DNA of 64,000 nt from an uncultured Porphyromonadaceae bacterium (GCA_964547475.1 CAZJNQ010000002.1:18378-82377), one strand, 5' to 3'; shown: positions 36,065 to 46,077, counted from the first letter of the stretch. A program made the numbers and translations. The notes: a model not told the origin generated them from the sequence alone.

Positions 36065-38212
36065 TCAGTTTCTCCACAAATAGCTGGCTTTAAAGAAGAT
36101 ACCCCGCTTGATCTCTATGTAGTCCGAACCCGGCTGGTATTCGTACCCGGTCCATTCGGTTTGACGGAACAGGGAGCCATAGCCTAAATGGATAACTGTT
36201 CCCGGGATATACGTAAATGAAACAAGCAGATCCATCGTCAGGTCTTTTTCAAAGGAGTTGTACTCTGCGATAGCCCTGACGAACAATTTTGGATTGACCT
36301 GGAAAGTGTTTTTGCTGCGAACGATCAGATACCGGAAATCCTTAATACCGGTGCCAAGCTGGTAAAAGTCCGAATAGGACAGGCTGAGGTCTGACCTGAA
36401 TTTCTGGACCGGCTGGAATACCAGGGTGAATTTGGCCAGGCTGCCAAAACCTGTATAGGGATTTTCGACGTAGCGTGTCAGGTAACCGAACCGGTACTCA
36501 GAGGTGATTCCCAGGCTTTTTATCACCTGTGATTGGACACCCACTTGGATATTGGAGGTTTTATATCGGCCTGAAAGATAAACTTCATTGCAGGGATTGA
36601 CGAAAAATTCAATCCTGGTTGACCGTTCACCGGAAAGACTCATTCCAATACCAAAATCATTCTCCCACAATCCGCTTGGCAAATCCTGGTTGTTCAGGCT
36701 GAAAACAAACGGCGCAAAGCGCCTGAAAAACCCTTTTGAACTGTAAAAGGTGTAGGTGAAAGAACCGTAGAATTTGTTCAACCCGGACCTCATCAGGTAG
36801 CCGCTTTCAGAATTAAAACCGGTACCAATATGCTGCACTTCCAAAAAGGCTTCGATTTTGCTGGTCTGTTTCGACATCAGAATGGTTCCCAACCAATCGT
36901 TTCGAGGTTTTCCCGCCAGGGTATCCGAACTTGAAGATCCCAGAAGGTTGAATTCTACAGTGGTTGACGGATTCAACCGGATGCGTCCATCCAGGCCAGC
37001 TACCCGGTTAAACGTTTCGGAAGCTTCCTTGAAAGTAGCAATAGCCCCGATATAGGTGTCATTCTTTATGGTATAGTGGTACCTGCCAACGATGAAATTG
37101 GAATAAACCTGTGCAGAATCAGTGCCTTCATTAGGATTATCAAGCGCATACAAGAGTGCCAGGCGGTTTTTTTCATCGAGCTTTCCGCTGAGCTTTATGC
37201 CCGCCAGCGGATTGACGACCTGCCGTGTGTGGAATACATGGTTAAAATAGCTGTATTCGCTTACAGCGGCTATATCAAAGTTTTCTTTTCCCTCCTGGAA
37301 AAAAGGTCTTTTTTCCGGGTAGAATAAAGCGTATCGTTGATTCTCTTCAATCTGCCCGACATCAGACTCCACCTGGCTGAAATCGGGATTCAGGGTCACA
37401 TCCATCACCAGTTGAGAGGTCAATCCGACTTTACCGGTCAAGCTGAGTGAGGGCTTGTTCACTTTGAGTCCAAAGACACCGTTTTCATGAATCCTCTGGC
37501 GGGTATAAGTGAATGCCGGAAGCAGCTCGAGCAGGGTATAGTGTTTTATGCCTGTAAATGAAAAGGGATGTGTCTGGGTCAAAAAATTCATGCCTTGCTC
37601 TGCTTTGAGGGCTGGCCAGGTGGATTGTTCCGATAATCTCTGGATCCGCCTCTCAAAGATAAAACCCATGGTTACCGTTTCTTTCTTTTGATACCTGAGG
37701 CTTTTAAAGGGAACCCTGATCTCAACCTGGTATCCTTCGGAATTAATGGTTCCTTGTGAGTAAAAGACATAATCCGCGCCCATATCTTCCTGGCCTGACG
37801 AAGAACGGCCATCTTCCTGGATTCCGAAAGGATTGATATAAAGGGTGACCATACTTTGCCGATCGAAAAAGGGATCCAGGTTAATGCAGACCCAATCTTC
37901 CGTCTTGATCTGGTCCCTTGCGGTAATGGTTGATTTGATCTTGTCGGGTTCGCTATCCTTGCAGTCGAAGGCTACATAGAAATTCTCCTCATCGAAGGTG
38001 ATCATGGCTGAAGTTTCGAAAGTTGCCGGTTTGCCAAACTCCGGCGCATACGTGGTGAAATCCAAACAACGGAATGATTGTGACCAGACCGGGTCGTTTA
38101 AAATACCGTCAATAACCGGTGGTTGCCCGGTTTTGAGAACTTGAATCGGTGCCTGGGCAATAGATGAAAGATATACCAGGATCAAGGCGAATGACAGGAG
38201 GTATGGCCTCAT
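36065..38212 (-). CDS. Outer-membrane-like protein with N-terminal carbohydrate-binding (CBM9-like) domain and DUF5916-type beta-rich C-terminal region
   Basis: 715 aa with signal peptide MRPYLLSFALILVYLSSIAQA. N-terminal PPVIDGILNDPVWS is a CBM9-like pattern. A long alternating beta-strand region ends in ...GIFFKASYLWRN, an aromatic terminus. The family name is from memory. Confidence 0.75.
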   Translation of the reverse strand: MRPYLLSFALILVYLSSIAQAPIQVLKTGQPPVIDGILNDPVWSQSFRCLDFTTYAPEFGKPATFETSAMITFDEENFYVAFDCKDSEPDKIKSTITARDQIKTEDWVCINLDPFFDRQSMVTLYINPFGIQEDGRSSSGQEDMGADYVFYSQGTINSEGYQVEIRVPFKSLRYQKKETVTMGFIFERRIQRLSEQSTWPALKAEQGMNFLTQTHPFSFTGIKHYTLLELLPAFTYTRQRIHENGVFGLKVNKPSLSLTGKVGLTSQLVMDVTLNPDFSQVESDVGQIEENQRYALFYPEKRPFFQEGKENFDIAAVSEYSYFNHVFHTRQVVNPLAGIKLSGKLDEKNRLALLYALDNPNEGTDSAQVYSNFIVGRYHYTIKNDTYIGAIATFKEASETFNRVAGLDGRIRLNPSTTVEFNLLGSSSSDTLAGKPRNDWLGTILMSKQTSKIEAFLEVQHIGTGFNSESGYLMRSGLNKFYGSFTYTFYSSKGFFRRFAPFVFSLNNQDLPSGLWENDFGIGMSLSGERSTRIEFFVNPCNEVYLSGRYKTSNIQVGVQSQVIKSLGITSEYRFGYLTRYVENPYTGFGSLAKFTLVFQPVQKFRSDLSLSYSDFYQLGTGIKDFRYLIVRSKNTFQVNPKLFVRAIAEYNSFEKDLTMDLLVSFTYIPGTVIHLGYGSLFRQTEWTGYEYQPGSDYIEIKRGIFFKASYLWRN

Positions 38213-38291
38213 TGCGGTTTGGCTGAACTGACAGAAAAAGTAATCAAACAGGCATCAAAATACAAGTCTTTGCAACACTCAAAGCCGGAAT

Positions 38292-39179
38292 TTAAAGGAA
38301 AAAAACTGCGACGCCACCGACGGCAATCAGAGCGCCCAGAATATCCCTCCAGGTCACCTTTTCCTTAAGCACCAGAACAGCTGGCGGAATCAGGAGAACA
38401 GGTGTCAGGGCCATTATAGTGCTTGCAATTCCGGTGGTGGTGAATTTAATCGCCATGAGCGAAAAGGAAACGCCCAGGAAAGGCCCGAAGAAAGATCCGC
38501 TGGTAATAAAGCCAAGGGTAGAGGGTCGCCGGAAGACGGGTTTCAGCAGGTTCCATTTGTTCAGGACGGCAAACAGAATACTGAAACCCGCAAATCCTGC
38601 AATAACCCTGATCTGTGAAGACATGAAAGGATCCCGATCTTCCATGCCGTATTTGCTGAACACGAGTCCAACAGCCTGACCGATTGCAGCTCCGAGCCCG
38701 AAAAGAATTCCCTTGACTGAAAAAACAAACCTGAAACGGTTTCCGGGCTTTCGCAGGACGACCAGGACTATGCCCGTGAGGGTGATGGTCATGCCCAAAA
38801 GACCTTTCAGTGAAAATTCCTCCCTGAGCAGCAGACAGCCAAACAGGGTTGCCAGGGGAGGTGCCAGGGCCATGAACAGGTTAGCAATCCTTGAACCGAT
38901 CAGGGCATAAGCGGAGAACAAGCAATAATCACCCAGTACGAAGCCAACGATACCACTGATAATCAACCAGATCCAATTGTGTGTGCTGAAACCGGCAGGG
39001 AAAAGATGACCGGTTCTAACCAAACATAGGGCACAGAAGAACAATAAGGCCAGACCGAGTCTTAGAATGTTGACAGCCAGGGAGCCAACCCTTTTCGCAG
39101 CCTGTTCAAATGATAAAGCGGTGAAGGTCCAAAGAACGGCAGTAATGAGGGCGGCTAATTCTCCGGTATGATTTCCCAT
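38292..39179 (-). CDS. EamA/DMT family transporter
   Basis: 295 aa with about ten hydrophobic helices and two EamA-like halves. Confidence 0.85.
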   Translation of the reverse strand: MGNHTGELAALITAVLWTFTALSFEQAAKRVGSLAVNILRLGLALLFFCALCLVRTGHLFPAGFSTHNWIWLIISGIVGFVLGDYCLFSAYALIGSRIANLFMALAPPLATLFGCLLLREEFSLKGLLGMTITLTGIVLVVLRKPGNRFRFVFSVKGILFGLGAAIGQAVGLVFSKYGMEDRDPFMSSQIRVIAGFAGFSILFAVLNKWNLLKPVFRRPSTLGFITSGSFFGPFLGVSFSLMAIKFTTTGIASTIMALTPVLLIPPAVLVLKEKVTWRDILGALIAVGGVAVFFL

Positions 39180-39187
39180 ACATGAGA

Positions 39188-39210
39188 AAAGGCAGGAATT
39201 GCCTGCCTTT
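39188..39210 (-). terminator. Hairpin terminator downstream of dnaA
   Basis: 9-bp stem AAAGGCAGG / CCTGCCTTT with a 5-nt loop, placed between the dnaA stop (39213) and the EamA start (39179). On the - strand it is followed by TCTC, with the U residues partly inside the stem. Confidence 0.5.
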
Positions 39211-39212
39211 AA

Positions 39213-40643
39213 TTACATCTTAAGTTTCTTTTCGATCTCTTCGATGTAGAGCCTGAACCGCTTATCGGTCTCCAGCAGGTTGTTGACCGTTTTACAGGCA
39301 TGCAGCACAGTTGCATGATCCTTTCCGCCGATCTGTGATCCAATAAGTGCCAGGGACGATTTGGTCAGGTTCTTGGAAAAGTACATGGAGATCTGCCGGG
39401 CCTGAACGATTTCACGCTTGCGCGTCTTGGAATGCATCAGGTCAATGGGAATATTGAAGTAATCACTCACTATTTTCTGGATGTATTCGATTGACAGTTC
39501 GCGTGTGGTATTTTTAACCAGTTTGTCAATCATTTCCTTAACCAGGTCGAGTGTAATCTCTTTTTTGTTAAGTGTGGATTGTGCCAGGAGTGACACCAGG
39601 GCACCTTCCAGTTCCCTCACATTGTTGGTTACCTGGGAGGCAATGTATTCCAGCACTTCCGAAGGCATGTGGATGCCGTCTATGTAAACTTTCTTCTGCA
39701 GAATGGCTACCCTTGTTTCAAAATCCGGAACCTGCAAGTCAGCCGAAAGGCCCCATTTAAAGCGCGAAAGCAACCGCTGTTCCATTCCTTTCAGTTCGAC
39801 GGGCGGTTTGTCGGAAGTCAGCACCAGTTGCTTGCCTGATTGATGGAGGTGATTGAATATGTGGAAAAAAGTATCCTGAGTTTTTTCTTTGCCCGCAAAT
39901 TCCTGGACATCATCCAGAATCAGCACGTCGATCATCTGGTAAAAATGGAGAAAGTCATTGCGGTTATTATTCCGGATGGCTTCAACGAATTGAGTCTGGA
40001 ATTTATTAGCATTGACGTACAGGACGATTTTATCAGGATATTTCTCTTTGACTTCGATACCGATAGCCTGGGCCAGATGGGTTTTACCCAGACCGGATCC
40101 TCCGTAAATGAGAAGGGGATTAAAGGCTGTGCCTCCGGGATTTTGCGCCACTGCGTATCCGGCTGACCGGGCCAGGCGGTTACACTCGCCTTCAACAAAA
40201 TTTGCAAAAGAACGGTCAGGATTCAGTTGCGGATCCACGTGAAGTCTTTTTATTCCCGGTATGATGAAGGGATTCTTTATGGTCCTTTCTTCTTCGTCGA
40301 GCGGTAACGACAGGGGTTTGTTCTTGAGATTGGTCTTGGCCTGGGTAGGCAGTTTGATCGTGTAAGGTTTTGTATTCGAATACCCATTTTGTTCCATGAC
40401 CACCCGGTACTCTAATTTCGCCCCTGAGCCCAATTCTTTGCGGATAGAAAAGCTGATCAAGTCAAGATATTGTTCCTCAAGGTATTCGTAGAAAAAAGTA
40501 GACGGTACCTGAATGGTCAGGACGTTGTTTTCCAGTGCAACGGGGATAATGGGTTCGAACCAGGTCCTATAGCTTATCGAAGCGATGTTGTCTTTGATGA
40601 TAGACAGGCATTTGTTCCAAACCTCGATATGGCTTGCCTTCAT
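39213..40643 (-). CDS. dnaA: Chromosomal replication initiator protein DnaA
   Basis: Walker A GGSGLGKTHL, Walker B VLILDDVQ, and the DNA-binding domain signature KDHATVLHA. 476 aa. Confidence 0.96.
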   Translation of the reverse strand: MKASHIEVWNKCLSIIKDNIASISYRTWFEPIIPVALENNVLTIQVPSTFFYEYLEEQYLDLISFSIRKELGSGAKLEYRVVMEQNGYSNTKPYTIKLPTQAKTNLKNKPLSLPLDEEERTIKNPFIIPGIKRLHVDPQLNPDRSFANFVEGECNRLARSAGYAVAQNPGGTAFNPLLIYGGSGLGKTHLAQAIGIEVKEKYPDKIVLYVNANKFQTQFVEAIRNNNRNDFLHFYQMIDVLILDDVQEFAGKEKTQDTFFHIFNHLHQSGKQLVLTSDKPPVELKGMEQRLLSRFKWGLSADLQVPDFETRVAILQKKVYIDGIHMPSEVLEYIASQVTNNVRELEGALVSLLAQSTLNKKEITLDLVKEMIDKLVKNTTRELSIEYIQKIVSDYFNIPIDLMHSKTRKREIVQARQISMYFSKNLTKSSLALIGSQIGGKDHATVLHACKTVNNLLETDKRFRLYIEEIEKKLKM

Positions 40644-40781
40644 TAGTACTGATAATTAGTAGATTAGAACAAGGGATTTAATAATGCAAGATGGTAAAAA
40701 AAAGATGAACAAAACAATAGGGGAGGGCGATTTTTTTTTTTAAAAACGCATCCCATTTACTCACAGCCAGATGGCTCACCT

Positions 40782-42035
40782 CTAGATCTGCAAACGGCTC
40801 CATTTGCCATTGACCCAGGAATAAATTCCTGCCGATGGGTGAGTCTTCCTGAATTTTTCCAATCTCTTCAGGCAGGGTTCGATCCGCGAGGAATGATAGG
40901 AAAAATAATAATAAACGCTTCCAACCTGAATGAAACCTTTTTCAGGAATATCCTTGAACGCCGGATCGGTTGCAGGAAGCGGAAAGGGACTTTGGATGAA
41001 GCAAATGTAATAATCCGAGATGCCTTCACCGGACAGGGATCTTGCGAGATCGCTGTCATTCAGCGAATACACGGATTTGCTTCTGTCTGAAAGGGTTACT
41101 TTTACATACTTTCCGGGATTGATCCTGATGTCTTCGATCAGACGGTTCAAACTGGCATTTGTGACCAGGAGAGCGCTGTACAGGGAATCACTATAGATCA
41201 GCTGGCCCAGGCTGCCTTGTCCGGATGCAACCGTCACGGTCAGCTGATGAAGATCGTCCAGAACCCGTTGGATCGACTGGACCGCACCCACGAGTTCCAC
41301 ACTGGCAAGGGTATCGCTGAAGCGGTTCATGTTGGCAATAAATCCCTGCAGATTAGAGGTTTGATCCTTGAGGCTTTTAGCAAGACTGTCGAGGTTGTTG
41401 AGAAAAACTGTCACCGTACGGGATTCATCACGGATATAATCGTCAAGAAAACGCGAGGCAGATTCCAAGTTGTTCAGGGCGCTGTTGACGTTGGTAAAAC
41501 TTTCAGCCAGGTTGGCCTGATTGTTTTCCCCGAAAACCATCTGCAAACCCTGCAGCACTGAATCCATGGAAGACATAAGCTGTTCGGCCTTGAGCTTCAA
41601 TGGCAGCATCTGGGCATTGACCTGATCCCGGATGTCTCCTTCAATGGATCCGGTCAGGGTATCTCCCGGCTTATAAAATTCCTTGGCATCAGAGAAATCC
41701 AGCGAAATGCCCTTGGTTCCCATCAAGTCTGTGCTGTAAATCCGCGCTTCAGTTTTCTCAGGAACACGGATGGTCTTATGGGTGATTGAGAATTTGACCT
41801 CTATCCAACCCGGTCTGTTGTCAGACAAGCGGATATTCCGTACCTGCCCAACCTGGAAACCATTTATGGTTACCGGACCTGATTTGGTTAGACCCCCGAT
41901 TTTTTCATAGAGGGCATAATATGGCTGTTCTGTCGTAAGAATGTCTTTCCCCTTCAGGTAATTGATACCCCAGAAAACGATGATGACAGCAATGACTAAG
42001 AGGATTCCCACTCGGATATAAGCTCTTTTTTTCAT
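40782..42035 (-). CDS. MCE/MlaD-family protein with C-terminal SPOR-like extension
   Basis: N-terminal TM helix (VGILLVIAVIIVFWGINYL) and an MCE domain (VTINGFQVGQVRNIRL). A long helical region follows. The about 75-aa tail YYICFIQSPFPLPATDPAFKDIP...YYYFSY...AGIYSWVNGKW aligns with the SPOR domain of the adjacent amidase. Confidence 0.8.
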   Translation of the reverse strand: MKKRAYIRVGILLVIAVIIVFWGINYLKGKDILTTEQPYYALYEKIGGLTKSGPVTINGFQVGQVRNIRLSDNRPGWIEVKFSITHKTIRVPEKTEARIYSTDLMGTKGISLDFSDAKEFYKPGDTLTGSIEGDIRDQVNAQMLPLKLKAEQLMSSMDSVLQGLQMVFGENNQANLAESFTNVNSALNNLESASRFLDDYIRDESRTVTVFLNNLDSLAKSLKDQTSNLQGFIANMNRFSDTLASVELVGAVQSIQRVLDDLHQLTVTVASGQGSLGQLIYSDSLYSALLVTNASLNRLIEDIRINPGKYVKVTLSDRSKSVYSLNDSDLARSLSGEGISDYYICFIQSPFPLPATDPAFKDIPEKGFIQVGSVYYYFSYHSSRIEPCLKRLEKFRKTHPSAGIYSWVNGKWSRLQI

Positions 42036-42064
42036 GACGTTCGATTTACATGAAATGACTTGGC

Positions 42065-43402
42065 CTATTTGATAACCGGAATAGCTTCTTCGATCGGGAT
42101 TCTTTTTCCGTCTTTGAAGGCAACGATAAAAGCTCCTTTAAAATAGGGCAGCAGGCTCTTTCGCAGGGCCACAGCTTCGCTATGGGTTTTGACTGATTGC
42201 GACAGGTATTTATAATACCCGTCGATATAGGTCTCGACAAATCCGGTTTGTCCCTTGAAATCCGGGGCTGTTTGAGGTAGTTTCTTCAACGATGCCAATA
42301 CCTGGACCCTGAATTCAATATTGGGAGATACAGAAACGCTCTTTTCGGCTGCTCCGGTGACCACTGGTTTGACATCTTCTTTTATACCTTGTGCGGCAAC
42401 AGGTTGAGAATCTTTTCTTGGCGCCTGAATATTTATTTTTACATGAAGGGAATCCTTTTTCGCTCCATGTATTGCCGGTTTTATCGTAGTTGTATCCTGT
42501 TTCGATAGTTCTTTGACCGTGTCGGCCGGTTTAATGGCAGCAATATCGGTTTTTCCGGTTTCACCTGAAATTAGATCCTCCCGGTATTTTTTAAAAGCCG
42601 AAAAAATGGATGATGCAATAACATCCTGCCCTTTTTCACTCACCAGGAATTCTTCCTCCAAAGGGTTTGTGATGAACCCGGTTTCAATAAGAACGCTGGG
42701 CATGGTTGTTTTCCATAGTACCAGAAATGGCTCCTGATAAACTCCACGGTCTTCCCTTTCGCCGGTGATCCTGAAATTGTCCTGAACCATGGTGGCAAAA
42801 GCAAGGCTCTGGACAAGGTTGGTATTCTGGTACAAGCTGAAGATGATATATGATTCAGGTGAATTGGGATTGAAGCCCTCATATTTCGATTGATAGTCTT
42901 CCTCTAACAGGATCACCTTGTTTTCCTGTTGAACAAGTTCGAAATTCTGGGAGGATTTGGAACTACCCATCACATAGCTTGAAGTACCCATTGGGGAACT
43001 TAGCTTATAACCATTGACATGGATCGAGATAAAAAGATCCGAATTGTTCCGGTTCGCGATACCAGCCCTCTCTTCCAGGGGAACGAAAACATCGCTTTTC
43101 CGGGTATAAACCACTTTAACGTCATTCATCAGGGTTTCAATGTAATATCCAAGTTTTAGAGCGATTGCTAGAGTAAGGTCTTTCTCGGATGATTTCTTTC
43201 CCATCGCTCCCGGACTACGACCGCCATGACCTGCGTCAATTGTAACGGTAAAAATCCTGGATTGAGGATTGGCTTTCCCGGCAACGACTGAATTTAATGG
43301 TAAGCTTGCACAAGCCAGGAGAAGTAAGAAGAAAAGCCTGGTTTGCAACGTTATGCAATTGTTTTTTCTCTGGAACGTTTTCTGTAGAAGGTGCCTGACC
43401 AT
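42065..43402 (-). CDS. N-acetylmuramoyl-L-alanine amidase (AmiC type) with C-terminal SPOR domain
   Basis: Amidase_3 motifs VTIDAGHGGRSPGA, LFISIHVN and PSVLIETGFITNP. The C-terminal SPOR is IEFRVQVLASLKKLPQTAPDFKGQTGFVETYIDGYYKYL...GAFIVAFKDGKRI. Confidence 0.9.
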   Translation of the reverse strand: MVRHLLQKTFQRKNNCITLQTRLFFLLLLACASLPLNSVVAGKANPQSRIFTVTIDAGHGGRSPGAMGKKSSEKDLTLAIALKLGYYIETLMNDVKVVYTRKSDVFVPLEERAGIANRNNSDLFISIHVNGYKLSSPMGTSSYVMGSSKSSQNFELVQQENKVILLEEDYQSKYEGFNPNSPESYIIFSLYQNTNLVQSLAFATMVQDNFRITGEREDRGVYQEPFLVLWKTTMPSVLIETGFITNPLEEEFLVSEKGQDVIASSIFSAFKKYREDLISGETGKTDIAAIKPADTVKELSKQDTTTIKPAIHGAKKDSLHVKINIQAPRKDSQPVAAQGIKEDVKPVVTGAAEKSVSVSPNIEFRVQVLASLKKLPQTAPDFKGQTGFVETYIDGYYKYLSQSVKTHSEAVALRKSLLPYFKGAFIVAFKDGKRIPIEEAIPVIK

Positions 43403-43420
43403 GGTAGCGTTTTTTTTCTT

Positions 43421-43428
43421 TAGTTTTG
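43421..43428 (+). promoter_or_regulatory. Bacteroidota -7 promoter box (TAGTTTTG) for the LptD-like gene
   Basis: Exact TAnnTTTG. The ORF-track TTG start at 43426 is the TTG of this box. Confidence 0.5.
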
Positions 43429-43464
43429 AGTCTTTCCCGGATTTGCGGGATAATCGGTAAACTA

Positions 43465-46056
43465 TTGAATTTGTTTATAAAAATACAAAAATTTCTCTTT
43501 GCGGTTATCCTTTTTAACCTGATGATGGTAGGTGCAGCCGGTCAGGTCGATACATCGGGAATCAAACCTCTTGTACCCGATTCTACAAAAGGGAGGGTTA
43601 AAGGTTACCTGGATGCGCCGATAACTTATCCGGCCCGCGACTCGACCGTCTACAGCCTGTCAGACAATAAAATCAGGATGTACGGGGAGGCCAAAGTAAC
43701 TTACCAGCAGGTGGAGCTGACGGCGGATTATATCGAGATCAGTATCGACAGGAAGGAGGTTTTTGCAGTGGGACTTATGGACAGTACCGGGATGATTACC
43801 GGCAAGCCGGTTTTCAAGGATGGGGAGGAGTCTTATGAATGTACCGAGATACGGTACAATTTCGATACCAAAAAGGCCTTTGTCAAGGACGTCCGGATGA
43901 AACAGGAGGAGGGATTCCTTCACAGCCATCTGACCAAGCGCGATTCATCCGGATCGCTGAATATCAAAGATGGAAAGTTCACAACGTGTGATGCCGACGA
44001 TCCCCATTTCTTCTTTGCCATAACCAAGGGAAAAGTGATCCCCAAAAAAGTTGTTGTTTCGGGTCCGGCTTACCTCGTGGTCGAAGGCATTCCTCTTTAC
44101 CCCATCGGATTGCCGTTCGCTTTTTTCCCGGAGCAGCAAAAACGTTCCTCGGGAATTCTCATGCCTAAATATGGTGAAGAAAGAAACAGGGGTTTTTACC
44201 TGAGAGAGGGAGGATACTATTTTGCCATCAATGATCGTCTGGACCTTTCCCTGACGGGTGGAATTTACTCACGTGGCAGCTGGCAACTCGGTGCCCAGAC
44301 CAATTACCGGAAGATTTACAAGTTTAACGGTAATTTTTCATTCAATTATGCCAACAATGTGACGGGTGAGAAGGGACTGGATAATTATACCAAGCAAAAG
44401 GATTTCAGCCTGAGGTGGTCCCATGCACAGGACGCCAAGGCGCATCCATACAACAGCTTCAATGCCAGTGTCAATTTCAGCACCAGTTCATACGATAAGA
44501 ACAACACCTACAGCACTTACCAAGATCCTCTTGAGCACCTCACCAACCAAAAAACCTCATCCATAACCTACAGCCGGAAATTCCCGAACAAACTGTTCAA
44601 TTTCACCACCAAGATCGGGCACTCCCAAAACAGCAACGATTCCACCGTTGTGTTGAACTTCCCGTCCGGATCTTTTACGGTCGGACGCTTCTATCCGTTT
44701 CGCTTCGGCAGTTCAGGCGGAAGGCAGAAATGGTACGAGAAAATCGAAATGCGTTACACGGCCAGCTTTGAAAACCGCATCAAGTCAAGGGAGGATTCCC
44801 TGTTTTCGCCTGATCTGAATTTTTCACGGGATATCCTGAGCAAGATGCGTAACGGGTTCAAGCATGAAATACCCCTGTCAGCTTCATTCAAACCGATCAA
44901 GGACATGACCCTGACACCTTCGCTCAATTATATCGGCGTCATGTATTTCAGCTATCTTGAAAAAAACTGGGATGCTTCGACCGACAGCATAATCATCAAC
45001 AGGATCAATAAGATCAATTATGTCCAGGCTTTAAGCCCGAACCTGAATCTGAGCTATACTCCCAGAATGTATGTTTATTATGATTTCAAAAAGGGAAAGG
45101 TAAAGACGATCCGGCACATGATGAGTCCTTCCCTGTCTTTCTCCTTCAGGCCAGATCTGGGTTATGACATGGGAAAGTACAGCAGGACCCTTGTCATAGC
45201 CGATGAGAATGAAAAGGGAGATCTGGTGATGGACGAACAAACCTACTCCATATTCGGTGAGGGGATTTACGGCTTGCCCTCGGTTGCCGGACGGTACGGA
45301 AATATCAGTTTCAGCCTGGGCAACAATGTTGAAATGAAAATCAAGGATCCGGCCGATTCCACGGGAAGCAAGGATAAGAAAGTCAAGCTTCTGGAGAGCC
45401 TTACCTTGAACACTTCTTATGATATTTTCAAGGATTCGCTCAATTTATCCCCAATCCAGCTGCAGGCCAGGACGATTGTGATGGGCCAGTTCAACCTCTC
45501 GTTCCGGTCGGTTTTCAATCCCTATGCAATCGACTCGACCATCAGGAATAACACTGCGGTATACCGCACCATCAATACGTTTGAGATCATGAGATCCGGA
45601 AAACCCTTCCGGCTGACGGATGCGGATTTTTCGCTTGGTTTCACCCTGCCTTTAAAAAAGCAGCAGGGAGGGCGGCAGGGTCCGTCCCAAGCCAGACCGG
45701 TGAGCAGTCAGGACAGCCCGTCTGATTTTCAGACTCGCTGGAACCTGAGAGTCGACTACAACTTCAAATATTCAAAACCTTATATGAAATCCACCATCAC
45801 GCAATCCTTGCGTATGAGCGGAGATCTGAACCTAACGCAAAAATGGAGCGTCAACTTCTCATCCGGGTATGACTTCATCAACCAGGAGTTCACTTACACA
45901 ACCTTTGGATTAAGGAGGGATCTGCATTGCTGGCTGATGAGCATTGATATCGTCCCGTTCGGGGAAAGGAAGAGTTACACTTTCAGCATTGCAGCGAAAG
46001 GTTCCTTGCTGAAAGACGTTAAGTACTTGAAACAGAAAGACTGGCGAGATAATTAA
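43465..46056 (+). CDS. LptD/OstA-like outer-membrane LPS-assembly protein (Bacteroidota type)
   Basis: About 860 aa. An OstA-like N-terminal region (IRMYGEAKVTYQQVELTADYIEI) is followed by a long beta-barrel-like region. The start is uncertain: TTG 43465 or 43471 gives a signal peptide (..KIQKFLFAVILFNLMMVGAAGQ). The first ATG (43522) would delete it. Confidence 0.8.
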   Translation: MNLFIKIQKFLFAVILFNLMMVGAAGQVDTSGIKPLVPDSTKGRVKGYLDAPITYPARDSTVYSLSDNKIRMYGEAKVTYQQVELTADYIEISIDRKEVFAVGLMDSTGMITGKPVFKDGEESYECTEIRYNFDTKKAFVKDVRMKQEEGFLHSHLTKRDSSGSLNIKDGKFTTCDADDPHFFFAITKGKVIPKKVVVSGPAYLVVEGIPLYPIGLPFAFFPEQQKRSSGILMPKYGEERNRGFYLREGGYYFAINDRLDLSLTGGIYSRGSWQLGAQTNYRKIYKFNGNFSFNYANNVTGEKGLDNYTKQKDFSLRWSHAQDAKAHPYNSFNASVNFSTSSYDKNNTYSTYQDPLEHLTNQKTSSITYSRKFPNKLFNFTTKIGHSQNSNDSTVVLNFPSGSFTVGRFYPFRFGSSGGRQKWYEKIEMRYTASFENRIKSREDSLFSPDLNFSRDILSKMRNGFKHEIPLSASFKPIKDMTLTPSLNYIGVMYFSYLEKNWDASTDSIIINRINKINYVQALSPNLNLSYTPRMYVYYDFKKGKVKTIRHMMSPSLSFSFRPDLGYDMGKYSRTLVIADENEKGDLVMDEQTYSIFGEGIYGLPSVAGRYGNISFSLGNNVEMKIKDPADSTGSKDKKVKLLESLTLNTSYDIFKDSLNLSPIQLQARTIVMGQFNLSFRSVFNPYAIDSTIRNNTAVYRTINTFEIMRSGKPFRLTDADFSLGFTLPLKKQQGGRQGPSQARPVSSQDSPSDFQTRWNLRVDYNFKYSKPYMKSTITQSLRMSGDLNLTQKWSVNFSSGYDFINQEFTYTTFGLRRDLHCWLMSIDIVPFGERKSYTFSIAAKGSLLKDVKYLKQKDWRDN

Positions 46057-46077
46057 CTAAAACAAATAGTACCGATC

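Noticed and set aside
40644-40781. Possible oriC next to dnaA (AT-rich 138-bp upstream region with an 11-nt T/A homopolymer at 40731-41; long co-oriented gene runs diverging at about 43.4 kb)
   Set aside because: I could not find a cluster of TTATCCACA-like DnaA boxes here, in 39180-39212 or in 43403-43470. The intergenic spaces are short for an origin. Gene orientation switches several times in the window (20.7, 43.4, 52.8 and 56.4 kb), so there is no single strand-bias inflection. A cumulative GC-skew plot and a DnaA-box scan of the whole replicon would settle it.
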